IMG/VR virus record: IMGVR_UViG_3300028888_001839
Location: 121,001-185,000 of that record
Strand: one strand, 5' to 3'
Source of the DNA: a virus
Taxonomy: Duplodnaviria; Heunggongvirae; Uroviricota; Caudoviricetes
DNA length: 64,000 nt
The position numbers were made by a program, and so were the translations under genes. A model generated the notes under the pieces. The model searched no databases and was not told where the DNA came from. It saw only the letters and a list, made by a program, of their open reading frames with translations. This document shows positions 53,765 through 62,890 of this stretch, in pieces; positions within the stretch are counted from its first letter, which is position 1; each line of letters begins with the position of its first letter.

Positions 53765-54700
53765 ATGAACAAGGAAGAAGAAAACTACAAGCCAGAAGCC
53801 GCACGGCAGTTCGCTAACCGCCACAATCGCTTCGAGAATGACATGTGTTCCGTTGAATACATCGTCACAACCAAGGCGATTGTGGATAGGCTTCTTGACG
53901 GAAACCTGCGCAACCGTAGGCTCAATGCTGGACACATGAAGAAACTGTCCATTGACATCAAGAACGGACGTTATGTGTTCAATGGGCAGCCCGTTATCCG
54001 AGACCAGAACGGATACCTTCGCGATGGGCAGCATCGGCTCATTGCAATCAAGGAGGCTGGCTATCCTGCGATTCCGCTGCTCCTCGTCACGCTTAAGGGC
54101 GATCAGTCGCACATTGAGCAGGCATACGATAGGATGGACATTAACAAGTCCCGTACCTATTCGCAGCGGCTGGAGCACAAGGGTATCGACCATGCCAAGA
54201 CTATTGCGGCTCTTCGGAAGAAGATTACGTATATCAAGACGGCATTCAACACATTCCCGGTTGTGCCTGATTCGGTGTATGATGAGATTGGGCAGATGTA
54301 TGCCTATGAAATTGAGGCAGTTGCTCCGCTCGTTAACAACGGGTTTACTGCTGACATGGGTGCTGCCGTGTGTCTCGTTGCAAAGGCTACTGGATGCCTG
54401 AAGGACTGCATTGAAATCGTCAAGAGCGCCAAGGCTGGGGAGATGCTGAAAATCTCAACCCCGGAGCATACGATGATGAAAATCATCAACAAGACGATTC
54501 GACTTAGGGCGAGCGAAGTCAAGAAGGCAGGGCGCAATTCCTACAATTTCGCAACGGTGGCGAATGCGCTTATTGCAGGCTTGCAGGGCAAGCACTATGT
54601 CTCTCCAGACCACGACTCGAACAAGGCTTGTCGCTGGATTCTCGACAAGGCTTTGGAGAACGAAGTCGCAATCCTTCCGAAGTCTATGAAGGATGCCTAA
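53765..54700 (+). CDS. ParB/Srx-like domain protein
   Basis: NRRL...DI..G....NGQP.I...LRDGQHRL.AI. Confidence 0.78.
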   Translation: MNKEEENYKPEAARQFANRHNRFENDMCSVEYIVTTKAIVDRLLDGNLRNRRLNAGHMKKLSIDIKNGRYVFNGQPVIRDQNGYLRDGQHRLIAIKEAGYPAIPLLLVTLKGDQSHIEQAYDRMDINKSRTYSQRLEHKGIDHAKTIAALRKKITYIKTAFNTFPVVPDSVYDEIGQMYAYEIEAVAPLVNNGFTADMGAAVCLVAKATGCLKDCIEIVKSAKAGEMLKISTPEHTMMKIINKTIRLRASEVKKAGRNSYNFATVANALIAGLQGKHYVSPDHDSNKACRWILDKALENEVAILPKSMKDA

Positions 54701-54773
54701 TAACTGTCGCGCTATCCTCTTGAAGGGGGGAGGATGCGCAAATGCAAAACAAAAAAAACAAAGGAAACAAACA

Positions 54774-55484
54774 ATGAGCACCCCTAATGGGCAGCATGTC
54801 AAGATTGCTGAAATATGTCCTCTCCTTCTGGAGACGATTAAGGCGGCAATAGAGAAGAACGTAAGCATCAGGAACGATGTGAACGATGTGGTCAATCGAA
54901 GGATTGAGCCAAAATCAATGAGTGAGAATCAGAAGATGCAGGATACTCTTCTGAATCGAGCAATGGAGTATGCACGTAGAATTTCAGATATCATTACTAC
55001 CGAGAATCAGACGTGCAAGGAGGCATTCTTCTTCACGCAGGAAGAGATGGCTGGGAATCATAAGCCAGATAATATCACGAAGAATACTGCACTTCGGCAC
55101 AAGGCCAAACCAGGTTCTCTTGTAGCCAAGGTCGGATATGACGAGTGTATTAAGCGGCTCAAGAAGGTAACTGCGAAGGACAAGAAAAATCGCATAGTTA
55201 CTCGTGGTGCGGCTTGCAGGTGCTTCGGGTTTACGGGTTCTGAGCATCACTTTCTTGAAGTATGGGCTTCTCTTAGAGCTTATGGGACAAATGCTCCCTT
55301 AAAGACATACGGAATCCTTCGATTTGATGCAATCAACAAGGGCTACAAGTGGGATGAACTGATGGACTTCGCCAAGGAATACTACGACAACTATCATGTT
55401 GGTATGGTTAGAAAGATTCTCTATGGCAAAGGATTCTCGATCAAGCGCATCAAAGGCGAGCCTTACCTCAAGTCTGACGATTGA
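54774..55484 (+). CDS. hypothetical protein
   Basis: ATG after an A-rich AAGGA leader. Confidence 0.65.
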   Translation: MSTPNGQHVKIAEICPLLLETIKAAIEKNVSIRNDVNDVVNRRIEPKSMSENQKMQDTLLNRAMEYARRISDIITTENQTCKEAFFFTQEEMAGNHKPDNITKNTALRHKAKPGSLVAKVGYDECIKRLKKVTAKDKKNRIVTRGAACRCFGFTGSEHHFLEVWASLRAYGTNAPLKTYGILRFDAINKGYKWDELMDFAKEYYDNYHVGMVRKILYGKGFSIKRIKGEPYLKSDD

Positions 55485-55506
55485 TCCAAGGTCATTGCGA
55501 GACACA

Positions 55507-56256
55507 ATGGAAACTAGGAAAATTAGTCAGGACGAAGTGGATTCCCTCCTTGTGAAAATCAAGGAGGGGATGTCTGGGTTTAAGTTGCCCTCCGACATGG
55601 TAGATGGCACACGGATAGTTATAATCCACCCAGAGTATTGGGAAATCTCTCTCCTTGTACCTTATAAGTCTGCAGTTGAAACAGTAAAGGGGTCTATTGC
55701 CCGCAAGGTGATAGAAACTATTCTATTCAACCAATGCGGAGCAAATCCGAGCGGGTGCGACTACTTTGGTAAGCAAACACAGAAACAGGCCTATGAATGG
55801 TACTTTAGGCACCCCAATATTCCGCAGGACGTGAATGATTTGATAGAGGCTGAAATAGAAGCAGAATTGGGCAATGAGATAGGGCTTGGTCTTCCTATCC
55901 CAAATAGGAGCAAGTCAAAGTCGGATACCGCCTTTATGACTATAAAGGATGAATTCTTTCGTGAGATCGAGAGCGGAAGGAAGACTACCGAATATCGTAA
56001 TCTCAATCAGTATTACTGCGACAAGTTCTTCTCTTCTGGAGTTAGGAAGAGATATTTGAAACTCAATAGAGGATACTTGAGCGGTGATGAGAATCGAATG
56101 GTTTTTGAGATTGCGGGGATAAACCTAGTTAGTGAAGATGGCAGGGAGATTTCTGCGGTTGACAACAATGGGAAACCAATCTGCTCATATTCACAACTAC
56201 CCAAGAAGTTCGCCCCGGTCGCATACGGCATAAAACTTGGGAAGAGAGTGGCATAA
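55507..56256 (+). CDS. protein with C-terminal ASCH/PUA-like domain
   Basis: MTIKDEFFREIESGRKTTEYR. Confidence 0.7.
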   Translation: METRKISQDEVDSLLVKIKEGMSGFKLPSDMVDGTRIVIIHPEYWEISLLVPYKSAVETVKGSIARKVIETILFNQCGANPSGCDYFGKQTQKQAYEWYFRHPNIPQDVNDLIEAEIEAELGNEIGLGLPIPNRSKSKSDTAFMTIKDEFFREIESGRKTTEYRNLNQYYCDKFFSSGVRKRYLKLNRGYLSGDENRMVFEIAGINLVSEDGREISAVDNNGKPICSYSQLPKKFAPVAYGIKLGKRVA

Positions 56257-56260
56257 CCAC

Positions 56261-56290
56261 TTGAAAGGCACACGGAGGATATGGTAGAAT
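56261..56290 (+). promoter_or_regulatory. sigma70-like phage promoter
   Basis: TTGAAA-18bp-TAGAAT. Confidence 0.65.
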
Positions 56291-56292
56291 AG

Positions 56293-59013
56293 ATGGCGCT
56301 TGGAAAGGACACATACTGCCGTGGAATCGACGTATACAACCTCTGCGACACAGAGGAGACATCAGTTGCGGTTACGACCTATGTCGGACACTCAACTTCT
56401 ACCGGACCGAAAGTGGCGATTCGCAAGAACCGCCCTTTCGACAATGATGTTATTGCGGTCGATATGGGCGGCGGTAAGTCATCTTCTAACTTCTCTGTCA
56501 ACCTGTCTCCGACCGTTACTTGCACTCATGGCGGTGAACCTGTTATAGGAACGATAGATGCATCTATCTATCGGAAGAACTCAAATCAAGACAATTTCAA
56601 GTACATTATAAGAAAGCAAAAAAGGAATGAGCCAATGAAAAAGGCGACACCAGTGGAAATCATCAAAGATGCTATCGGAAACGGAAAGGACGTTGTAGGA
56701 ATAATAAACCTTTCTGAAGCACTGCTCCGTATCATCGCAGAAGGGACGCTCTCAATTGAAGAGACTTTGGATGCTCTTGGTTATTTGAAGGAGTCTCTTA
56801 CTAGAAATGATAGTGGAAGTGTGGAATCACCTGCCGAAGAAAGTGCCGTTTCCGAAGAACCCTCCAATGTGTGTGGGAGCGATGATGAGCAAGGTGAGGA
56901 AATTTGTGTAGTACGCCGCCTAACTCCTACTGAGACTTCAAGGCTGCAGGGATTCCCGGATGACTATACCAAAATAGACGGTTCGGAGACGGCAGACGCT
57001 CCACAGTTCAAGTCACATGGAAACTCTTGGGCAACTCCTTGTGCCAACTTTGTCTCAACCCGTATGGAAATGGAACTAAGGCGTCTCGGGCATGAGGGAA
57101 CTATTCGGTATGCAACTTGCTGCTCTGGAATTGAGGCACATTCTATAGCCGTCCGTAATCTTGATTGGAGGGCGATTTTCTTCTCAGAAATTGAACCATT
57201 CCCTTGTAGGGTTCTCGAGAAGCATTATCCAAATGTGCCTAACCTTGGGGATATGACGCAGATTCATTTTGATGATGCAATTGGTGCAATCTCAAATGCA
57301 CACAAGAAGGGAGAGGAGTATTCCTTGCCGTCATGCTTCAAGGAAGCCCCGATTCAGGAGTTGCCATTCAAGGTTGGAGATTTGGAAGTGTTTTCTGGCG
57401 GAACACCATGCCAATCCGTGTCGGTCGCTGGAAAACGTGAGGGAATGGCCGAAGGGTCGGGGACGAGGTCTTCCTTGGCATTTCATTTCCAAAGAATAAT
57501 AGATGAGTTGCAGCCAAAGTTCCTCCTGTGGGAAAATGTTCCGGGCGCATTTAGTTCTAACGGTGGAGCGGACTTCATCTGGTTCGTGAATCGTTGTGCT
57601 GAGAGTGGATATGCGATGGCATGGAGAGTTCTTGATGCACAGTACACAATGACGGAGGAGTTCCCAAGGGCAGTTCCGCAGAGGCGTCGTAGAATCTGGC
57701 TTGTTGGCTATCGTGAAAACGACTGGAGGATACCTTCTCGTGTCGTGTTTGAATATGAAAAGGCACTAACAGGGAATCCACCAGAACGGATACCGGGGCT
57801 TGGATTCAAGGAACTCAATCCAGAAGCGGACGTAGAGGCTATTCGAGCGGCTAACAAGCATAAGGAGGATAAGAAGCAGGACGATGGCTTCCTCGACCTA
57901 TTCGCTGCATCAGACAATGATAAGCCGAAGGCGAAGAAAGTGTCGCAAATGATACCTCTTGATGAGATGCCAGAAGATGCGGACTTCTCCAAATTGCCTA
58001 TGGTGACGATATATGAGTTTGCCAAGAAGGTTGGTGAACCGGGGTACATAGGGCCTGTGTTTAGAACAGACAAGAAGACTGCGTTTTGTATGCTTACGGA
58101 AGATGAGCGTGAGGCTCTAGCGAACAGTGACAAAGAAGCGGTAAAGAAGTTCGATGAACTCAAGGCGAAAGAGGATGCTGGTGAACTTCAATGGGAAGGT
58201 GCGGAAAAGATTTCACCGCAGATATTGGAGAATATCGGGAATGCCGGTATCCTTTCCAACGGCAGGATTCTTACGATGAACTGTCACGAATGGACTAGTG
58301 GAATCCAGTTGTCTCCCAAGACATACAAGGCTTGGGAGGTAGTGATGCAATACAAGGATTGGCTCAAGGCTAACGATCTTCTTCCTAAAGCATACGATGA
58401 GACTGTTTGTGGATTGAGCGATGTCCTTGAAGAGAATCCGGATGAGAAGTACAACCTTTCGTGGAGGGCTTGCTTCGGGATACTCCGTAGAGCGGAGACG
58501 AGGGGCAAGGAACTTCCTAGAGCCTTGTATATTGCGCTTATCAGTACAATTCGCGAAAATGCCAGTATCGTCAAGTGGGTTGCGCTCAATGGAAAGGATA
58601 CTAAGAAGAAGGAAACCGATCTTTCGGAGAAGGAAAGTGCGAGGGTATGCTTTGAGCGCTATATCTCGCAGGTTGCCAACTTCGACGATATTATTCCCAT
58701 GCCACCGAAGCGCAAGAGCGAAGGGGAGAGCGATATCGACGATGACGATGACGAAGGGGATGATTTCGAGGTTGATGAGGATGGCAATCCGATACTACCC
58801 GAAGAAGACTTTGGAGAGCAGCAAGAACAACACTTCTCAATTGGGAAGGAACAAATGCCCGATCTCCCGAATGGCGTCATAAATGTCAGTGGGGGTGAGA
58901 CGGCGGCAACGCTCATAGCAAGCGGTGATGCCGCCGTAGGCACAACGCAGGATTCTAATGTCATAGCCACCAAGAAGGAGGGGAAATTTCGTAAGGCGGA
59001 GGAAGCCAACTAG
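56293..59013 (+). CDS. circularly permuted C5 DNA cytosine methyltransferase
   Basis: Motifs IX-X (RRLTP.E..RLQGFPD, GNSW) precede I (CSGIEA), IV (GTPCQ), VI (ENV) and VIII (QRRRR). Confidence 0.88.
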   Translation: MALGKDTYCRGIDVYNLCDTEETSVAVTTYVGHSTSTGPKVAIRKNRPFDNDVIAVDMGGGKSSSNFSVNLSPTVTCTHGGEPVIGTIDASIYRKNSNQDNFKYIIRKQKRNEPMKKATPVEIIKDAIGNGKDVVGIINLSEALLRIIAEGTLSIEETLDALGYLKESLTRNDSGSVESPAEESAVSEEPSNVCGSDDEQGEEICVVRRLTPTETSRLQGFPDDYTKIDGSETADAPQFKSHGNSWATPCANFVSTRMEMELRRLGHEGTIRYATCCSGIEAHSIAVRNLDWRAIFFSEIEPFPCRVLEKHYPNVPNLGDMTQIHFDDAIGAISNAHKKGEEYSLPSCFKEAPIQELPFKVGDLEVFSGGTPCQSVSVAGKREGMAEGSGTRSSLAFHFQRIIDELQPKFLLWENVPGAFSSNGGADFIWFVNRCAESGYAMAWRVLDAQYTMTEEFPRAVPQRRRRIWLVGYRENDWRIPSRVVFEYEKALTGNPPERIPGLGFKELNPEADVEAIRAANKHKEDKKQDDGFLDLFAASDNDKPKAKKVSQMIPLDEMPEDADFSKLPMVTIYEFAKKVGEPGYIGPVFRTDKKTAFCMLTEDEREALANSDKEAVKKFDELKAKEDAGELQWEGAEKISPQILENIGNAGILSNGRILTMNCHEWTSGIQLSPKTYKAWEVVMQYKDWLKANDLLPKAYDETVCGLSDVLEENPDEKYNLSWRACFGILRRAETRGKELPRALYIALISTIRENASIVKWVALNGKDTKKKETDLSEKESARVCFERYISQVANFDDIIPMPPKRKSEGESDIDDDDDEGDDFEVDEDGNPILPEEDFGEQQEQHFSIGKEQMPDLPNGVINVSGGETAATLIASGDAAVGTTQDSNVIATKKEGKFRKAEEAN

Positions 59014-59110
59014 GTCGTTCAATTTCGAGTTGTTCGGGCATATGAATCAAGTATGCCTGAACCTCGGAAGGTGCAACACTGACGATATGATAGTCTATTA
59101 GGAGAATGTC

Positions 59111-59629
59111 ATGGAAGAAGAATTGAGAGAAGAAGAACAAGATGAATTAGTTGTCAACAAGATTAGAGAAGACACTACTTTGACGTTTGGAGAGAATGGA
59201 CGTCCGGAACCGCTCATAACCGTAAAGGACAACAAGGTCAACGTCAAGACACTGCAGGTGTCCATGAGCCGTAGGCATCGGGTTGTCATGTTCTTAGACC
59301 TATGGACTATTGCATGGGTTTCTGGGCTTACTGTAGGAATGTCTATGGCAACTACATTGTCGCATTATGTATGGATAATCGCTCCGATAGGTTTTCTAGT
59401 GCTACTTTGTGCTATAGGAAAGACCGTTGTGGATTTCCAGAACTGGATCTTCACGATGAATATGATGCAGGCGAAGATGGGGGATTGGTATATGGATGAT
59501 GTTATTGGAATCTGCCAAGACTTCATAAATGCAGGTGCGAAGTTCGCTGCGGAGGAAGTCAAGAAAGCCGTGGAGGAGAAGACAGCAACGGAGGCTTCTG
59601 ATGGCGAAGGAGAAGCCGCCAATCCGTAA
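59111..59629 (+). CDS. membrane protein
   Basis: Two hydrophobic segments, GGAG SD. Confidence 0.7.
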   Translation: MEEELREEEQDELVVNKIREDTTLTFGENGRPEPLITVKDNKVNVKTLQVSMSRRHRVVMFLDLWTIAWVSGLTVGMSMATTLSHYVWIIAPIGFLVLLCAIGKTVVDFQNWIFTMNMMQAKMGDWYMDDVIGICQDFINAGAKFAAEEVKKAVEEKTATEASDGEGEAANP

Positions 59630-59807
59630 GGTATATGCGATAGACTCTGACAAGATGAAGTTCAGGTACACGACAAAGGAAAGAGTTGGCGGTAATGGAT
59701 TTGGCTTGTCCGACGAAGGTTGTATGTATACACTAAATACTATTGACCAGCACATGGTAGCAATCATCTATGGCAGAAGAAACCATAAAAAAGGAAGAGA
59801 GCAATAG
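59601..59807 (+). CDS. methyltransferase-repeat mini-protein
   Basis: GGNGFG...CMYTLNTIDQHMVAII followed by a basic tail. Confidence 0.55.
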   Translation: MAKEKPPIRKVYAIDSDKMKFRYTTKERVGGNGFGLSDEGCMYTLNTIDQHMVAIIYGRRNHKKGREQ

Positions 59808-59955
59808 TGTGTTCGTCAAGGTTGCTAGAGCCTGTGGAGTAGATGGTCTTAATGAGAGGTGGGCTGGCTGCGAAGTGTCACCAACCCTCAATGTTTTTGA
59901 CAACATGGGCGATGTGAGGGCCGTTGTCCTAATAGCGAGGAGAAAGAAATGCTAG
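59770..59955 (+). CDS. methyltransferase-repeat mini-protein
   Basis: EVSPTLNVFDNMGDVRAVVLIARRKK. Confidence 0.6.
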   Translation: MAEETIKKEESNSVFVKVARACGVDGLNERWAGCEVSPTLNVFDNMGDVRAVVLIARRKKC

Positions 59956-60305
59956 TGACAGGATATAATGCACATGAAGTTCCATCTGAGGACATCGCTA
60001 ATGAGGTAGGTGACATAAATGCAACATGTTCTAGTATTTTGCACTTGAACCATATCACAGTGACGAACATACATATGGCAGAAAGAATGTATGAGAGGGT
60101 TAAGAGACTTTTGATGCAGAACTATCACTATGGGATAAGTATTTCTGACTATATAACTGCAAAAGGAGAACATCTATACCTAAAGGTTGACGGAGGAAAA
60201 ACAAAGATTAAGATACAGAACAAGTATGGCGGATTGACGGCAAGACCTTGGTGGCTAACTGTTTCACCAATCGTAAATAGCGGGGACAGGTGTTTTAGGA
60301 TATGA
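59949..60305 (+). CDS. methyltransferase-repeat-like mini-protein
   Basis: Overlap-coupled; weak repeat similarity (GGLTARPWWLTVSPIV). Confidence 0.5.
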   Translation: MLVTGYNAHEVPSEDIANEVGDINATCSSILHLNHITVTNIHMAERMYERVKRLLMQNYHYGISISDYITAKGEHLYLKVDGGKTKIKIQNKYGGLTARPWWLTVSPIVNSGDRCFRI

Positions 60306-60532
60306 AAGAAATTGTGTCATATGGAATCAACACTCAGAATAGGTCTATGTACCCCTGCACAAAGGAGGTCGCGCAGACTGTGGCCGTATGCCATCAGGTT
60401 GCTACAATAGTCTTTGGTTTCAAGTACAAGCAGAGCGACAAGAGCGCAAAGCCTTGGAGCAAGGACATAGCACAAGCATTGTCTGCTGGATGCCACGATG
60501 CTTCTGTATGCATTGTTAGGGGGAAATCATAG
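60302..60532 (+). CDS. methyltransferase-repeat mini-protein (2 units)
   Basis: EVAQTVAVCHQVATIV; DIAQALSAGCHDASVCIV. Confidence 0.6.
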   Translation: MKEIVSYGINTQNRSMYPCTKEVAQTVAVCHQVATIVFGFKYKQSDKSAKPWSKDIAQALSAGCHDASVCIVRGKS

Positions 60533-60535
60533 ACC

Positions 60536-60799
60536 ATGAATGGGGAGCGCATATTTCTTGATGATCAGGGCGGTCAGGTGATGCAGGTTCTGTCAAATGA
60601 TGTGTCGCCTACGATTATGCAGAATGCGGGGAAAGCACATGCTTTGATTGTGTGTGAGCCGAGAAAGAAGGTTAATGCTTTTGCACAGAACACTAGGGAA
60701 GAGGTTAGAATGCTAGGAGATGTTGCAGGATGCGTCTCCGCAGAACCTGGGACTCACCAGACAACGTACGTCTGCATAAATAAGAGGAGGAAGAGGTAG
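60536..60799 (+). CDS. methyltransferase-repeat mini-protein (2 units)
   Basis: LDDQGG...DVSPTI...HALIV; FAQNTREEVR..GDVAGCVSAEPG.HQTTYV; basic tail. Confidence 0.65.
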   Translation: MNGERIFLDDQGGQVMQVLSNDVSPTIMQNAGKAHALIVCEPRKKVNAFAQNTREEVRMLGDVAGCVSAEPGTHQTTYVCINKRRKR

Positions 60800-60800
60800 A

Positions 60801-61028
60801 ATGGAAATCCCAAGACTAGTAATTCTGGATCTATATCGAAACTCTCTTTCAACTGTGGAGAAACTTTCTCGGGCACAAAGGGATAAGAAGGTTCATGCAT
60901 GGGCGGTAAAAGCGCGTAAAGAAGTTGGGGATTTGATTATGCAGTGCGCATACGATGAGATGGAAGATGTCGATGAGGAGGATGCGGCTGCGAAGAAGAA
61001 AAAAGCGGATGAGGACTTCTACGGATGA
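60801..61028 (+). CDS. hypothetical protein
   Basis: 75 aa, GAGG SD. Confidence 0.6.
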   Translation: MEIPRLVILDLYRNSLSTVEKLSRAQRDKKVHAWAVKARKEVGDLIMQCAYDEMEDVDEEDAAAKKKKADEDFYG

Positions 61029-61789
61029 TTGACAAGGGCAAATACTCATTGCTTTTCCCTCTTGATTTTGCAGGTACACTATGTGCAAGGGACGGAATCA
61101 AGACAGGGCCTAGCACGCCAAATGGCGAAGATGCTTACGACCGCAAACTAGTTGTGATGAAGATGAAGCGGAAGAAGAGGAAGTTCTATAGCAACCACCA
61201 GACAACTTCCGACATTAGAGAGGTGGATGTAGCACCTTGTATGGGAGCTACACACAATCTTGGTCCGTCCAATAACAACCCTCTTGTAGTTACCTGCTTT
61301 TCTAGTCCACAAGACCATTGCGTTACTAGAGGGTTCATGGAGGAGTGTGCCCCAACGATAAATGCCGCTGCCGGGATGAGCGGCAACAATCGCCCATTCA
61401 TCGTGAAGTCTTATGGTATGGATCCTGTGGCCTCTTATGACATGGCATTGGATAAGGAAGTTAGCAAGACGCTTACCTGCTCACATGGGAGAAATTGTGC
61501 AGGTGCTCTTACGATAAAAAAGATAAAGCCTAGCACTCCTATCGTACTAAACTTTCAAGGGAGCAAGGGGAATAATGTCGTTTCACAAGACGGCTCATGT
61601 CCGACAATAAACTCGATGCATGGTCATGATGTTCATGTTGTGTGTGTCCCCATCAATTCAATGGTTATAGGTAAATATGGCGGGAAAGGCGATAGGCAGA
61701 CATTTGGCATAGGAGAAGATGGAGACCCTAGCCCTACACTGCAGGCGGCACATCATCATGCTGTTGCTATAAGTAGGAGAACCGCATGA
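61025..61789 (+). CDS. methyltransferase-repeat protein (about 6 units)
   Basis: FAGTLCA, VAPCMGA, CAPTINA, VSKTLTC, SCPTINS and PSPTLQA, each followed by a hydrophobic strand. Confidence 0.7.
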   Translation: MIDKGKYSLLFPLDFAGTLCARDGIKTGPSTPNGEDAYDRKLVVMKMKRKKRKFYSNHQTTSDIREVDVAPCMGATHNLGPSNNNPLVVTCFSSPQDHCVTRGFMEECAPTINAAAGMSGNNRPFIVKSYGMDPVASYDMALDKEVSKTLTCSHGRNCAGALTIKKIKPSTPIVLNFQGSKGNNVVSQDGSCPTINSMHGHDVHVVCVPINSMVIGKYGGKGDRQTFGIGEDGDPSPTLQAAHHHAVAISRRTA

Positions 61790-62154
61790 ACCTTCTTACA
61801 GACAAAGAGAGAGAAGAGGTAAGAAGACTAAAGGAAGGTTCTTACTATGGGCAAATAGGTATTACTATTCGCTTTGGAAATCACTTCTGGCATGAGTGTT
61901 CAGGTTCTCTCCTAGCGGGAGCTTGTGGGGGAGACAACCTTCCAACTTTGATTCAAGTGAAGAAGCGTAAGAAAATAGTAGAGAGCGAAATCATGAGGAA
62001 AAAAGCAACTTCTGTTCTCGATAGGTGCGGAAACAACTGGAAAAATGGGAAGTGCGGATGCGGAATCATGTTGAACGAAGAATCAACTCCGTGTCTTGCT
62101 ACGATGTTCCAGCCATTTGTTCTTCTCACCAAGGGAAATCGCAAAGGAGAGTGA
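61786..62154 (+). CDS. methyltransferase-repeat protein (2 units)
   Basis: CSGSLLAGACGGDNLPTLI; STPCLATMFQPFVLL. Confidence 0.6.
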   Translation: MNLLTDKEREEVRRLKEGSYYGQIGITIRFGNHFWHECSGSLLAGACGGDNLPTLIQVKKRKKIVESEIMRKKATSVLDRCGNNWKNGKCGCGIMLNEESTPCLATMFQPFVLLTKGNRKGE

Positions 62155-62155
62155 A

Positions 62156-62887
62156 ATGCTACTAACCAAAATCATACCGCCAAGGGCAACTGAAATCAAG
62201 AATGCGGTCACCTGCTTTAACAGTTTCATTGAAGAGCCGCATACGAATATTGCCGAAAGATGTGAAATGTTCATCTATGGCGGAAGGGGGTGTTGCAAGT
62301 CCTCTATTGCCGCAGGGATGATGCTGAAAGGAATCAATGAACTCGATGCATGGGGAATCTGCATTCGCAAGCATGGGAGAGACTTGAAGGATTCATGCTT
62401 TGCCCAGTTGGAGTTTACTGCAAAACAACTTGGGATAGAGGATGAGCTTTGCCATAGTCTATCTAACCCTGTGCAGATAAACTATGGCTGCAGGGCGATA
62501 CGGTTCTATGGGTTGGAGAACGGACTCGACTGGTTGCAGGAGAAGACTAAGGCTATCCCTGCTCGGATAATATGGATAGAGGAGGCGGATCAACTGGAAT
62601 CTGAAGAGATGTACAAGGAACTTTTATGGGCATTGCCGCTTAGAGAGAACCCAATAATCATCAGCACCTTCAATCCGCCGCTCCGGAAGAGCCATTGGAT
62701 AAACCAGTTTGTATCAATCAACAAGAAGAAAAGCCCATACAACGGAATGCACTTCTTCGAGCCGTGCTATATTGACATGGAGAGAGATATGCTCGGAGAA
62801 GATTTCTATAGAGAGGCAGATATGCTTAGAAGAGAAAATGGTTCTGCGTATTGCCATGAATATCTAGGGATACCGCAGGAGGAATAG
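62156..62887 (+). CDS. terminase large subunit paralog, ATPase domain only
   Basis: GGRGCCKS, CIRK...LKDS.F.QL, F.GLE, IWIEEADQ, TFNPP, Y.HEYLG.P, then stop; no nuclease domain. Confidence 0.85.
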   Translation: MLLTKIIPPRATEIKNAVTCFNSFIEEPHTNIAERCEMFIYGGRGCCKSSIAAGMMLKGINELDAWGICIRKHGRDLKDSCFAQLEFTAKQLGIEDELCHSLSNPVQINYGCRAIRFYGLENGLDWLQEKTKAIPARIIWIEEADQLESEEMYKELLWALPLRENPIIISTFNPPLRKSHWINQFVSINKKKSPYNGMHFFEPCYIDMERDMLGEDFYREADMLRRENGSAYCHEYLGIPQEE

Positions 62888-62890
62888 TAG

